64,000 bases of DNA from an uncultured Actinomycetes bacterium (GTDB taxonomy: Bacteria > Actinomycetota > Acidimicrobiia > Acidimicrobiales > SZUA-35): contig CADEDH010000002.1 of NCBI GenBank assembly GCA_902826025.1, forward strand, positions 51,487 to 115,486, in the 5' to 3' direction. This document shows positions 48,581 through 57,619 of this stretch, piece after piece. The position numbers were made by a program, and so were the translations under genes. Positions within the stretch are counted from its first letter, which is position 1. The number at the start of each line of letters is the position of its first letter. The notes under the pieces were generated by a model that had not been told where the DNA came from, ran no database searches, and saw only the letters and a list, made by a program, of their open reading frames with translations.

Positions 48581-50746
48581 ATGACGTCGCTCGACGATGA
48601 CCTCGACCTCGCCTTCGAGCTGGCCGATGCGGCCGATGCGGTGTCCACCGCCCACTTCCGCTCCGAGGAGCTGCGGACGGTCACCAAGGATGACGGCACA
48701 CCGGTGTCGGAGGTCGATCTGGCGGTGGAGCAGGCCATGCTGGCCCTCGTCCGCCAGCACCGGCAGGCCGACGCCGCCATCGGCGAGGAGGTGGGCCCTC
48801 ACCCCGCCCCGGCGGCTGGTCCGGGCGACCGGGCGCCGGCGGCCCGGCGCTGGATCTTCGACGGCATAGACGGCACCCACAATTACGCCGCCGGGCGCAC
48901 CGGCTGGGGCACGATCGTGGCCCTCCAGGACGCCGAGGGCATGGCCGTGGCGCTGGTCACCGCCCCTCGGTTCGGCCAGCGGTGGTGGGCCATCCGGGGC
49001 GGCGGGGCGTGGACCGCTCCCTACCGACCGGACGGCGGGAAGCCACCGGGCCTCATGTTCGACCGCTCCGTCGGCACCCGCCTGCGCTGCACCGCCACCG
49101 GGCAACTGGAGAACGCCTCGGTGATCGTGATCCCCTTCGAGGGCTTCCTCCTGGGTTGGCGCAACACCGTGGCCCAGCGGTTCACCCCGCCGGCCGAGCC
49201 CCGCAGCCACTGCTTCGCCCTCGACGCCGCCATGGTGGCCGAAGGCCGTCTCGACGTGGCCATCATGACCTTCGGCTCGCTGTGGGACCACGCCGGCCCC
49301 AGCCTGCTCGTCACCGAGGCCGGTGGCGTGTTCCGAGACGCCTGGGGTGGCACCCGGCTCGACTCCACCACCGCCGTGCACACCAATGCCCACCTGGTCG
49401 ACCAGGTACTCGACGTGCTGGCCGAGATCCGTCCCCCGCTCCCCGACGAGCCCCTACTGGCCCGCAAGGTGAGCACCCCGATCGGGACCGCCCAGGAGCA
49501 GGAGGCCGACGGGTGGCGCCGGTTCGGGCTCCGGCCCATGCCCTCGATGTCGGCCCGGGTCCACGTCTCCACGGCGGCACCGGCGATCCTGGAGATCGTC
49601 GACGAGCGGGCGGCCGAGCTGGCCCGGCCCTTCCGGGGCGTCACCACCGACGGTGTCGTCCGGCCCCGCTTCCCTTCCGGACCCCCGAGGCGAGGGCCGG
49701 GCACGACGGCGGTGGCCGACGCGGCCCAGGCCTTCCTGGCCGCCCTCTCGCCGGAGCAACGCCAGCGGGCAACGTTCGCCTTCGACGCCGACCAGTGGCG
49801 GATGTGGATCAACGTCCACATGAACCACTTCCGCCACGGCCTGATGCTGGAGGACCTGGTGCCGGCCCAGCGGGAGGCGGCGCTCGACATCGTGCGGGCG
49901 TCGCTGTCGGCTCGGGGCTTCCACCAGGCCCGGTCGATCATGCGCCTCAACGAGCTGCTGGCCGAGATCACGGGCGACCACGAGGCGTTCGGCGAATGGC
50001 CCTACTTCCTGTCGATCTTCGGTGATCCGGCGGGATCCGAGCCCTGGGGCTGGCAGATCGACGGCCACCACCTGTGCGTGAACGCCGTGGCGGTGGACGG
50101 CCACCTCGTCACCACCCCCACCTTCATGGGGGCCGAGCCCCGCCGGGTGAACCTGGGCCCCCTGGCCGGCATCTCCCTGTTCGACCCCGAGGAGTCGCTG
50201 GGTCTCGACCTGATCCGGTCGCTCGACAGCACCCAGCGGGCCCAGGCCGTCCTCTACCCGTCGATCCACCCCGACCACATTCCGGCCCTGCTCCAGAACG
50301 CCTTCGACGGCCGGATGGCGGCCGGTGCCTTCCACGACAACCTGGTGGCCCCCTACCAGGGCGTGGCCGGAGCCGACCTCAGCGACACCCAGCGCAAGCT
50401 GCTGGTCTCGCTGGCCGCCACCTACGTCGGCTGGTCGGCCGACGCCCATGCCGCCGGCCGGCTGGCCGAGGTGGAGGCCCATCTCGACGAGACCTGGTTC
50501 TCCTGGTACGGCGGTACCGACGACTCCTCACCGTTCTACTACCGGGTCCACAGCCCGGTGCTGCTGGTGGAGTTCGACCATCACCCTGGCGTGGCCCTCG
50601 ACAACGAGGAGCCGTCCCGCCACCACGTCCACACCGTGGTCCGCACGCCCAACGGCGGTGACTACGGCACCGACCTACTGGCCGACCACCACCAGCGCTT
50701 CGACCACCGCCAGGGCGGCCACACCCCCCGAAATTTAGGAGCCTGA
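48581..50746 (+). CDS. Fusion protein: inositol-monophosphatase/HisN-like phosphatase (N-terminus) + DUF3500 domain (C-terminus)
   Basis: N-terminal IMPase motifs: AAIGEEVG, WIFDGIDGTHNY and SLWDHAGPSLLVTEAGG. C-terminal DUF3500-like motifs: WGWQIDGHHLCVNA, FYYRVHSPVLLVEFDHHPG and HHVHTVVRTPNGGDYGTDLL. It is one uninterrupted 721-codon ORF. Confidence 0.8.
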   Translation: MTSLDDDLDLAFELADAADAVSTAHFRSEELRTVTKDDGTPVSEVDLAVEQAMLALVRQHRQADAAIGEEVGPHPAPAAGPGDRAPAARRWIFDGIDGTHNYAAGRTGWGTIVALQDAEGMAVALVTAPRFGQRWWAIRGGGAWTAPYRPDGGKPPGLMFDRSVGTRLRCTATGQLENASVIVIPFEGFLLGWRNTVAQRFTPPAEPRSHCFALDAAMVAEGRLDVAIMTFGSLWDHAGPSLLVTEAGGVFRDAWGGTRLDSTTAVHTNAHLVDQVLDVLAEIRPPLPDEPLLARKVSTPIGTAQEQEADGWRRFGLRPMPSMSARVHVSTAAPAILEIVDERAAELARPFRGVTTDGVVRPRFPSGPPRRGPGTTAVADAAQAFLAALSPEQRQRATFAFDADQWRMWINVHMNHFRHGLMLEDLVPAQREAALDIVRASLSARGFHQARSIMRLNELLAEITGDHEAFGEWPYFLSIFGDPAGSEPWGWQIDGHHLCVNAVAVDGHLVTTPTFMGAEPRRVNLGPLAGISLFDPEESLGLDLIRSLDSTQRAQAVLYPSIHPDHIPALLQNAFDGRMAAGAFHDNLVAPYQGVAGADLSDTQRKLLVSLAATYVGWSADAHAAGRLAEVEAHLDETWFSWYGGTDDSSPFYYRVHSPVLLVEFDHHPGVALDNEEPSRHHVHTVVRTPNGGDYGTDLLADHHQRFDHRQGGHTPRNLGA

Positions 50747-50783
50747 GACGCGCTGAGCGCGGCTCAGGCTCCTAGTTTCGGGG
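50726..50783. repeat. Copy B of the palindromic element: ~27-bp-stem hairpin spanning both stop codons of the convergent genes
   Basis: ccccgaaatttaggagcctgagacgcgc-tga-gcgcggctcaggctcctagtttcgggg. The TGA of the + gene (50744-46) and the TAG of the - gene (50772-74) both lie inside the arms. Confidence 0.9.
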
Positions 50784-51389
50784 TAGTTCGGGGCGGGGCC
50801 AGATGTCCAGCACCCGGCCGATCACGGACAGGGCCAAGGCGTGGCGTATCTCGCCGTTGCGGGCGGCCGCGATCACCTCGTCGTCGGTCATCAGCTCGAC
50901 CGTCAGGTGCTCGCCGGTGCCGGGGGTGGGTGGGGCCACCAGCTCCACGCCGACGCCCAGCCAGTGGTGGCACAGGTTGTCGTGGAAGGCGGGGTTGGGC
51001 TCCACCGAACCCAGGTAGGTCCAGGTGCCACCGCCGTAGCCCGTCTCCTCCAGCAACTCCCGGCGGGCGGCCGTGAGGGAGTCCTCCCCCTCGTCGACCA
51101 TGCCGCCCGGGGTCTCCAGCGTGGTGTAGCGGCTACCGAATCGGAACTGTCGCACCATCACGTGGTGCCCGTCGGCGGTGACGGCCACACAATTCACCCA
51201 GTCGACCGACTCCAGCACGATCCGCTCGAACACCCGACCCGATGAGGGATGCTTGAGCTGGTCGTAGCGGGCCTGGAACAGGATCAGGTCGTGGGCGTAG
51301 CGGGAGCCGAGGTGCTCCCAGTCCATGTGGCGCCATTCGATCCGGGAGCCGGGATCGCCCGGCTCGGGATGCTCATACGGATCGCTCAC
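50772..51389 (-). CDS. NUDIX hydrolase (ADP-ribose pyrophosphatase-like)
   Basis: From the GTG at 51389. NUDIX box GGMVDEGEDSLTAARRELLEETGY. It overlaps the upstream stop (GTGA). Confidence 0.85.
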   Translation of the reverse strand: MSDPYEHPEPGDPGSRIEWRHMDWEHLGSRYAHDLILFQARYDQLKHPSSGRVFERIVLESVDWVNCVAVTADGHHVMVRQFRFGSRYTTLETPGGMVDEGEDSLTAARRELLEETGYGGGTWTYLGSVEPNPAFHDNLCHHWLGVGVELVAPPTPGTGEHLTVELMTDDEVIAAARNGEIRHALALSVIGRVLDIWPRPELPRN

Positions 51390-51790
51390 GTGGGATCTCC
51401 GGGTTGGAATCCGGGGAGCGGCATCGTCACCCGCTCGCCCCCGACCCCCGTGTAGCGGGACAGGGGGCGGGCGAAGCGTTCGGCGAACCAGCGGTCGTCG
51501 CGGGCGTGGGCGTGGAAGTGTTCGGGCACCTGGCGCATGGTGGTGTCGAACCGCCACGCGCCCGGGCCGAAACGCTCGTCGGCCGCCTCGCCGAGGGCGG
51601 CCAGCAGCCGCTCCCGGGGCTCAGGGCCACAGTCGGGCCCGTGGTCCCACCACACCACCATCGGGACCGAACATACCTCGCAGTCGGCCACCCAGCCATC
51701 ATCGGTGACGGCGTACCAGTGGGTGAACCGGTCGGCCCGGCATAGCTCGCATCCCGGATCGGTGGGCGGGAACGGCCGCTCAGCAACCAT
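51386..51790 (-). CDS. Hypothetical 134-aa protein, possibly a divergent HIT-like hydrolase
   Basis: N-terminal CELC and CEVC pairs, and a C-terminal EHFHAHARD resembling the histidine-triad H-x-H-x-H. The spacing is compatible with a HIT fold. Inference only. Confidence 0.45.
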   Translation of the reverse strand: MVAERPFPPTDPGCELCRADRFTHWYAVTDDGWVADCEVCSVPMVVWWDHGPDCGPEPRERLLAALGEAADERFGPGAWRFDTTMRQVPEHFHAHARDDRWFAERFARPLSRYTGVGGERVTMPLPGFQPGDPT

Positions 51791-52559
51791 CGAGGGCGGC
51801 CCGCAACTCGCCGACGAAGGTGATGGCGGCGTCGACCGAACCCGTCTCCAGCAGCCGGCGCACGATGGCCGAACCGACCACCACGCCGTCGGCCACCTGG
51901 CACACCTCGGCCGCCTGCTCCGGGGTCGACACCCCGACGCCGATGATCACCGGCTTGTCGGTGATCTCCTTGAGCCGGCGGGCCATCTCCACCGCGCTGG
52001 CCGCCAGTTCGTCGCGCTCACCGGTGATGCCCACCAGGCCCACGCCGTAGATGAAGCCGCGGGCCCGCTCGGCGATCCGGACCAGCCGCTCGTCGGGGGC
52101 GGTGGGGGCGGCCAGCAGCACAGTCTCGATACCGGCGGCATCGGCCGCCTCGGCCCACGGGCCCAGCTCCTCCAGCGGCAGGTCGGGCAGGATGCAACCC
52201 GACACCCCGGCCTGCACCAGGGCGCTGGCGAAGCGCTCGTGGCCCATGCGGAAGCAGATGTTGTAATACGTCATGGCCACCAGCGGGATGCCGGCCTCCA
52301 TCTTGGCCACCTCGTCCAGCAGGGCCTGAGGGTTGGCCCCCGCTTCCAAGGCCAGGGTCGACGCCTCCTGGATGGTGGGGCCGTCCATCACCGGGTCGCT
52401 GAACGGGAGGCCGATCTCCATGCCGTCCGCCCCGGCCAGGGCGAACCCCTCGATCAGGCGGGGCCACTCCCCCACCGGGTACCCGGCGGTGAGGTACGGC
52501 AGCAGCAGCTTGTGGCCGTCGGCCCGGCGGGCCCGCAGATGCGCTTCGAGGCCAGCCAT
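51780..52559 (-). CDS. trpA: Tryptophan synthase alpha chain
   Basis: LLPYLTAGYP...GADGMEIGLPFSDPVMDGPTIQ...GFIYGVGLVGITG. Confidence 0.95.
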   Translation of the reverse strand: MAGLEAHLRARRADGHKLLLPYLTAGYPVGEWPRLIEGFALAGADGMEIGLPFSDPVMDGPTIQEASTLALEAGANPQALLDEVAKMEAGIPLVAMTYYNICFRMGHERFASALVQAGVSGCILPDLPLEELGPWAEAADAAGIETVLLAAPTAPDERLVRIAERARGFIYGVGLVGITGERDELAASAVEMARRLKEITDKPVIIGVGVSTPEQAAEVCQVADGVVVGSAIVRRLLETGSVDAAITFVGELRAALDGC

Positions 52560-53800
52560 CAGAAGCTCACCGTCTTCAGCGCCTCGGGGTCGCCGTCCTG
52601 GATGGCCTGGACCTGGGCCACGTCCTTGTCGCCCCGGCCCGACAGGTTCAACAGCACGGTGCGGCCGGCCAATTCCTCACGGGCCCGGACGATCCAGGCC
52701 AACCCGTGGGCCGGCTCGAGGGCCGGGATGATGCCTTCGGTGCGGGCCAGCAGCTCGAAGGCGTCGAGCACCTCCCGGTCGGTCACCGCCTCGTAGCGGG
52801 CCCGGCCGATGTCGGCCAGGTGGGCGTGCTCGGGGCCGATGCCCGGGTAGTCGAGCCCGGCCGACACCGACTGGGCCTCCAGCACCTGGCCGTACTCGTC
52901 CTGCATCAGGTACGACAGCGAGCCGTGGACCACGCCGGGGATGCCCTTGCCCACGGCGGCCCCACCGGCCGGCTCCACCCCAACCAGCTCGGCCGAGGTG
53001 TCGGCGAAGCCGGAGAAGATGCCGATGGCGTTGGACCCGCCGCCCACGCAGGCCACCACCACGTCGGGGTCGCCGCCGAGCAGGGCCCGGCACTGGTCCC
53101 GGGCCTCGTCGCCGATGACCCGGTGGAACTCCCGCACCATCCACGGGTAGGGGTGGGGGCCCATCACCGAACCCAGGCAGTAGTGGGTGTTGGCCACGGT
53201 GGCCACCCAGTCCCGCATGGCCTCGTTGACAGCGTCTTTCAGGGTGCGGCTACCCGACAGGGCGGGCCGGACCTCGGCCCCCAGCAGCCGCATGCGGTAG
53301 ACGTTGAGGGCCTGGCGGGTCACGTCGACCTCGCCCATGTAGACCACGCACTCCAGGCCGAAATAGGCGGCGGCGGTGGCCGACGCCACCCCGTGCTGGC
53401 CGGCCCCGGTCTCGGCCACGATCCGGGTCTTGCCCATGCGGCGGGCCAACAGCGTCTGGCCCAGCACGTTGTTGATCTTGTGGCTGCCGGTGTGGTTCAG
53501 GTCTTCCCGCTTGAGCAGCAGGCGCAGGCCCAGCTGCTGCGACAGGTTGTGGCACTCGGTGAGGGCCGACGGGCGGCCGGCGTAGCCGGTCAGCAGCTCG
53601 CGGTACTCGGACCGGAAGGCGTCGTCGGACCAGGCCTGGCGGAAGGCCGCCTCCAGCTCGGCACAGGCCGGCACCAGCGTCTCGGGCACGAACCGGCCGC
53701 CGAACCGACCGAATCGGCCGGTGGCATCGGGTTCGCCCATCACGGCAACCCTGCGGGTTGGTTGGCCCGACGGGTCACGGGCCTCGGCTATCGCCATCAT
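52559..53800 (-). CDS. trpB: Tryptophan synthase beta chain
   Basis: [33 protein letters not shown] and GGGSNAIG. The start may be the internal ATG (MGEPDA). Confidence 0.95.
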   Translation of the reverse strand: MMAIAEARDPSGQPTRRVAVMGEPDATGRFGRFGGRFVPETLVPACAELEAAFRQAWSDDAFRSEYRELLTGYAGRPSALTECHNLSQQLGLRLLLKREDLNHTGSHKINNVLGQTLLARRMGKTRIVAETGAGQHGVASATAAAYFGLECVVYMGEVDVTRQALNVYRMRLLGAEVRPALSGSRTLKDAVNEAMRDWVATVANTHYCLGSVMGPHPYPWMVREFHRVIGDEARDQCRALLGGDPDVVVACVGGGSNAIGIFSGFADTSAELVGVEPAGGAAVGKGIPGVVHGSLSYLMQDEYGQVLEAQSVSAGLDYPGIGPEHAHLADIGRARYEAVTDREVLDAFELLARTEGIIPALEPAHGLAWIVRAREELAGRTVLLNLSGRGDKDVAQVQAIQDGDPEALKTVSF

Positions 53801-54495
53801 GCATCCTCGTCTGGGTCGGGTGGTCGTGGTCGGTCGGCGGCGGGGGCAGCGGCGAACGGGGCGGCGGCCCCTGGTCCACCGTCATCGTCGTCGGGGGCGG
53901 CCTCCCGCACCGCCGCCAGGAACTGGCGGAGTTTCACCGGATCCTTGCGGCCGGGCGAGGCCTCGGTGCCGGAGGCGGCGTCGACACCCCAGGGCCGCAC
54001 GGCGGCGATGGCTTCGGCCACGTTGCCGGCATGGAGTCCGCCGGCCAGGATGAACCGCCGGTGGGGCCAGGCCCCTTCCAGGGCCGACCAGTCGAATGCC
54101 CGGCCGCTGCCGGGCGTGGGCGAGTCGATCATCGGCCACACCGGACCGAACTCCTCCACCCGGTGCAGGGTGGGGTCGGAGGCGGCAAAGACCTTGATCA
54201 CGATCGGGACCCGTTCGGCCACCCATTGGACGTCTTCGGGCGATTCGTTGCCGTGGAGCTGGACGGCCCGCAGGCCGATCGAGTTGGCCAATTCGGCCAC
54301 CCGCTCCCGCCGCTCGTTGCGGAACACCCCGACCGACACGATCTCGGCCGGCAGACGCCGGGCGATGTCCCGGGCCTCGCCCTGGGTGATGCGCCGCGAC
54401 GACTCGGCGAAGATCATGCCGACGGCGTCGGCTCCGAGCCCGGCGGCGAGCAGGGCATCGTCCACCGTCGTGATGCCACAGATCTTCACGAACAT
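53797..54495 (-). CDS. trpF: Phosphoribosylanthranilate isomerase with a Pro/Ala/Asp-rich C-terminal tail
   Basis: From the ATG at 54495: [29 protein letters not shown]...[13 protein letters not shown]...[12 protein letters not shown]...[11 protein letters not shown]. The tail is [36 protein letters not shown]. Confidence 0.85.
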   Translation of the reverse strand: MFVKICGITTVDDALLAAGLGADAVGMIFAESSRRITQGEARDIARRLPAEIVSVGVFRNERRERVAELANSIGLRAVQLHGNESPEDVQWVAERVPIVIKVFAASDPTLHRVEEFGPVWPMIDSPTPGSGRAFDWSALEGAWPHRRFILAGGLHAGNVAEAIAAVRPWGVDAASGTEASPGRKDPVKLRQFLAAVREAAPDDDDGGPGAAAPFAAAPAADRPRPPDPDEDA

Positions 54496-54581
54496 CGCCC
54501 TAGACGGTACCGGACCAAACCCGGCCTTGAGCTGATGTTCTTCGCTGCCGGCTGCTGCCGCTCCGGCTCCTGTCGGGCCGA

Positions 54582-55382
54582 TCAGCAGACGGCCCGCAGA
54601 CCAGCCACGGCGCTCGTCGGGTCGCCCGACGTCATCAGAGCTTCGCCCACCAGCACGGCGTGATAGCCGGCCTCGTACAGCACCCGAGCGTCGCTCGGGC
54701 CCCGAACCCCCGACTCGGCCACCCGCACCACGCCGTCGGGCAGCACGCCGGCCAGGCGCACCGCCCGCTCGGTGTCCACCTCGAAGGTGACGAGATCCCG
54801 CTGGTTGACTCCGATCAGGGTGGCCCCCACCGAAAGGGCCCGATCGACGTCGGCCTCGTCGTGCGTCTCCACCAGCACGTCGAGCCCCAGCTCGACGGCC
54901 AAGTCGTGGAAGTCGGCCAACTCCAGATCGTCGAGGGCGGCCACGATCAACAGCACGGCGTCGGCCCCCATCAGCCGGGCATCGCACACGTCGCGGGCCG
55001 AGACCGTGAAATCCTTGCGCAACGTCGGGATCGGCACCGCAGCCCGGGCCGCGGCCAGGTCTTCGGCCGAACCGCCGAAGAACTCCTGGTCGGTGAGCAC
55101 CGACAGGCAGGTGGCGCCCCCGCCCTGATAGGCAACGGCCCACGGTCCGGGATCGACACCGGGGTTCAGGTCACCCTTGGACGGCGACCGGCGCTTAATC
55201 TCGCTGATGACGGCGAGCCCCTCGGCCTCGGCCAGGGCCCGGCGGAATCCCCGGGCCGGCTCGGCCCGGCGGGCCTCCTCCACCAGCTGGTCGAGGCTCC
55301 GGTTGTCGGATCGGGCCTGGTCGCGGTGGGCGGCCAGGATCTTGTCGAGGTAGGTGACCACTCCCCCCGCCGGCTCAGACAC
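54582..55382 (-). CDS. trpC: Indole-3-glycerol phosphate synthase
   Basis: AVISEIKRRSPSKGDL, LSVLTDQEFFGGS, LRKDF, LVETHD, IGVNQRDL and VAESG. Confidence 0.93.
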   Translation of the reverse strand: MSEPAGGVVTYLDKILAAHRDQARSDNRSLDQLVEEARRAEPARGFRRALAEAEGLAVISEIKRRSPSKGDLNPGVDPGPWAVAYQGGGATCLSVLTDQEFFGGSAEDLAAARAAVPIPTLRKDFTVSARDVCDARLMGADAVLLIVAALDDLELADFHDLAVELGLDVLVETHDEADVDRALSVGATLIGVNQRDLVTFEVDTERAVRLAGVLPDGVVRVAESGVRGPSDARVLYEAGYHAVLVGEALMTSGDPTSAVAGLRAVC

Positions 55383-55686
55383 TCAGGCCCTTGGCCGCCA
55401 GTGGGGTGAGGAAGGTCACCTCCGGGCGACCGGCCAGCATCGAGCCGAGGGCCTTCATGGCCGGCTTCATCTGCTCTCCCCGTCCGTGGACGTCGAGTGC
55501 CTCCTGGCCGGCGTAGAGCTCGTAGAACCAGATCACGTTGGGGTCCTTCTGGTCCTCGTGGGCGCTGTAGACCTCGAGGCCGGCCTCTTCCTCGGCGGCG
55601 GCGATCAGCGAGGCGAGCGTGGCCTTCAGCTCGTCGGCCTTTCCCTCGGCGGCGGTGAGCTTGGCGATGAGCGCGATCTTCGACAT
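55375..55686 (-). CDS. Antibiotic-biosynthesis-monooxygenase (ABM) domain protein
   Basis: From the ATG at 55686: MSKIALIAKLTAAEGKADELKATL...LEVYSAHEDQKDPNVIWFYELYAGQEALDVH. A typical ferredoxin-like ABM pattern. Confidence 0.7.
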   Translation of the reverse strand: MSKIALIAKLTAAEGKADELKATLASLIAAAEEEAGLEVYSAHEDQKDPNVIWFYELYAGQEALDVHGRGEQMKPAMKALGSMLAGRPEVTFLTPLAAKGLSV

Positions 55687-55758
55687 GGCGCAGAACCTAG
55701 CTGCTCGCCGCGGCGATTGCCGCACGATGGGGACCACCCGCCGACTTCTCAGCCCCGC

Positions 55759-56673
55759 TCAGAACGGCAGCTTCACCGCGTCGGCCGCCACCCGTTGCCC
55801 GGCGGCGTCGACCACCTCGACGGGGCCCGGCACCTCCAGCGACCGCCGGCAGTAGGCGAGGGCCAGAGCCCCCTCCCCGGTGACGGGGGCGTAGCTCGTG
55901 ATCCGGCCCACCTCGGCCCCGCCGACCTCCACCGCCTCGCCCCCCGCCAATTCCAACGGCCGGGCCAGCCGAAGGCCGCAGAGCCGGGTGGGGGTGGCTG
56001 CGCCCCGGGAGTCGATGCGGGCCACCAGTTCCTGGCCCACGTAGCAGCCCTTGGTGAAGCTCACCGACTCCTCCACGATGCCGGCGGCAGCGGGGATCGT
56101 CGACTCGCCGAGCTCCCGGCCCATGGCCGGCAGGCCCCAACGGATCCGCCAGGCCTCCAGCGCCTCGGGCGGGCCCACCGGGACCGGCCCGTCGGCCGGC
56201 ACGGCGCCGACCAGGTCGAAGCCGGGGCCGGCCCCCCGGGCCTGCTCGGCCGGCAGCGCCAGCACCACGGCGTCGCCGGGGTCGAGGGCCAGGGCCGCCG
56301 GGCCGCCGGCGGCGTCGGGGCCCCGCACAGCCAGCACGGGCTGGCGCTCGTGCAGGGTCAGCTCCACCTTGACCCGGATCTTGAACCGGTTGAGGCGCTC
56401 GGCCACCCGGGCCCCGAAACCGGCGCTGACGTCGAGCCAGAACCGCTCCGGCTCCAGGCGACTCACCCGGATCCAGGCGTCTACCTTGCCCTGGGGTTGG
56501 AGCAGCAGAGTCGGGGCCGAGGCGCCGACGGCCAGCTTCTCGATCTCCTGGCTGAGCTGGCCCTGCAGGAAGGAGGCGGCGTCGGGGCCGACCGCCTCCA
56601 CCACGTCGCGTTCGGTGGCCACTGCCGCCACGGTGTGGGCGAAGGCGTGGAGTGTGGCGTCGAGATCGAGCAT
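55759..56673 (-). CDS. ygfZ: Folate-binding YgfZ/GcvT-family protein
   Basis: FLQGQLSQEI and the signature FTKGCYVGQELVARIDSRG. Confidence 0.8.
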   Translation of the reverse strand: MLDLDATLHAFAHTVAAVATERDVVEAVGPDAASFLQGQLSQEIEKLAVGASAPTLLLQPQGKVDAWIRVSRLEPERFWLDVSAGFGARVAERLNRFKIRVKVELTLHERQPVLAVRGPDAAGGPAALALDPGDAVVLALPAEQARGAGPGFDLVGAVPADGPVPVGPPEALEAWRIRWGLPAMGRELGESTIPAAAGIVEESVSFTKGCYVGQELVARIDSRGAATPTRLCGLRLARPLELAGGEAVEVGGAEVGRITSYAPVTGEGALALAYCRRSLEVPGPVEVVDAAGQRVAADAVKLPF

Positions 56674-56696
56674 GATCCCGACGCTACCGGCCCCAC

Positions 56697-57473
56697 TTAC
56701 TCTCCCGTGAACCGGGCGTCGCGGCGTTCCATGCGGGCCCGCACGCCTTCTTTGGCGTCGGCGCTCTTGATGGCGGCCCGCACCATCTGCTCGGTGTCGG
56801 CGTGGAAGATGCCGTCACGGAACGTCATTTCCCGGTTGATCGTGGCTTTCATGGCCTTCAGGCTGAGCGGGGCGTTGCGCACCAGCCGGTCGATCACCTT
56901 GTCCGCCTCGGCCTGGAGGTCGGCCGCCGGCACGCAGCGGGCGATCAGGCCCAGATCGGCCATACGGCGGGCCGGGATCGGGTCGCCCAGAAGCAGGATC
57001 TCGCGAGTGGCCACCGGGCCGCCGACCTCCAGCAGCTTCTTGGTCAGGAACCACGACGGGGCCAGCCCCACCTGGGCCAGCGACATGCCGAACCGAGCCT
57101 CCTCCGAGGCCACCACGAGGTCACAGTGGAGGGCCAGCTCGTTGCCGCCGGCGATGGCCGCTCCCTGTACCACGGCCACCACCGGCAGGGGCCACGTCTC
57201 CACCCGGTGGAACAGCTTCTCCACGTCCTGGTCCCGGCCCAGGCTGCCCCTCAGATCGAGGCCGGAGCAGAACACCCGACCCTCGGCCCGGATCACCGCC
57301 ACCCGCTCCTCCGCCGCGGGGCCGGGCACGGGATTGAACGCCACCTCCAGCGCCCGGAGCATGTCGGCGTCCATGGCGTTGCTCTTCTCGGGCCGGTTCA
57401 GGGTGACGGTGCGGACAGCGCCGTCGACCTGGACGGAGACGGTGCCTGGGCCGGTTGGGGTCTGGTCGGTCAT
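56697..57473 (-). CDS. Enoyl-CoA hydratase/isomerase family protein
   Basis: VTLNRPEKSNAM, FCSGLDL and AVVQGAAIAGGNELALHCDLVVA. Confidence 0.9.
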   Translation of the reverse strand: MTDQTPTGPGTVSVQVDGAVRTVTLNRPEKSNAMDADMLRALEVAFNPVPGPAAEERVAVIRAEGRVFCSGLDLRGSLGRDQDVEKLFHRVETWPLPVVAVVQGAAIAGGNELALHCDLVVASEEARFGMSLAQVGLAPSWFLTKKLLEVGGPVATREILLLGDPIPARRMADLGLIARCVPAADLQAEADKVIDRLVRNAPLSLKAMKATINREMTFRDGIFHADTEQMVRAAIKSADAKEGVRARMERRDARFTGE

Positions 57474-57619
57474 GGACTGCTCTTATGCCACACCGGGGCC
57501 CGGGCGCAAGTCCTCGACCTCCTGCCGCCGCCGGGATCTTGCGTCCCCTTTCGGTGGCAGGATCTCCCAGCCCCTACCGGTGGCAGTACTGGAACCCGGT
57601 GATACAACGAACGGCAGCG

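Noticed and set aside
54496-55143. 216-aa N-terminal extension of the trpF ORF (track ORF 53797-55143)
   Set aside because: The extension is Arg/Gly/Pro-rich and overlaps trpC out of frame. TrpF homology begins precisely at the internal MFVKICGIT.
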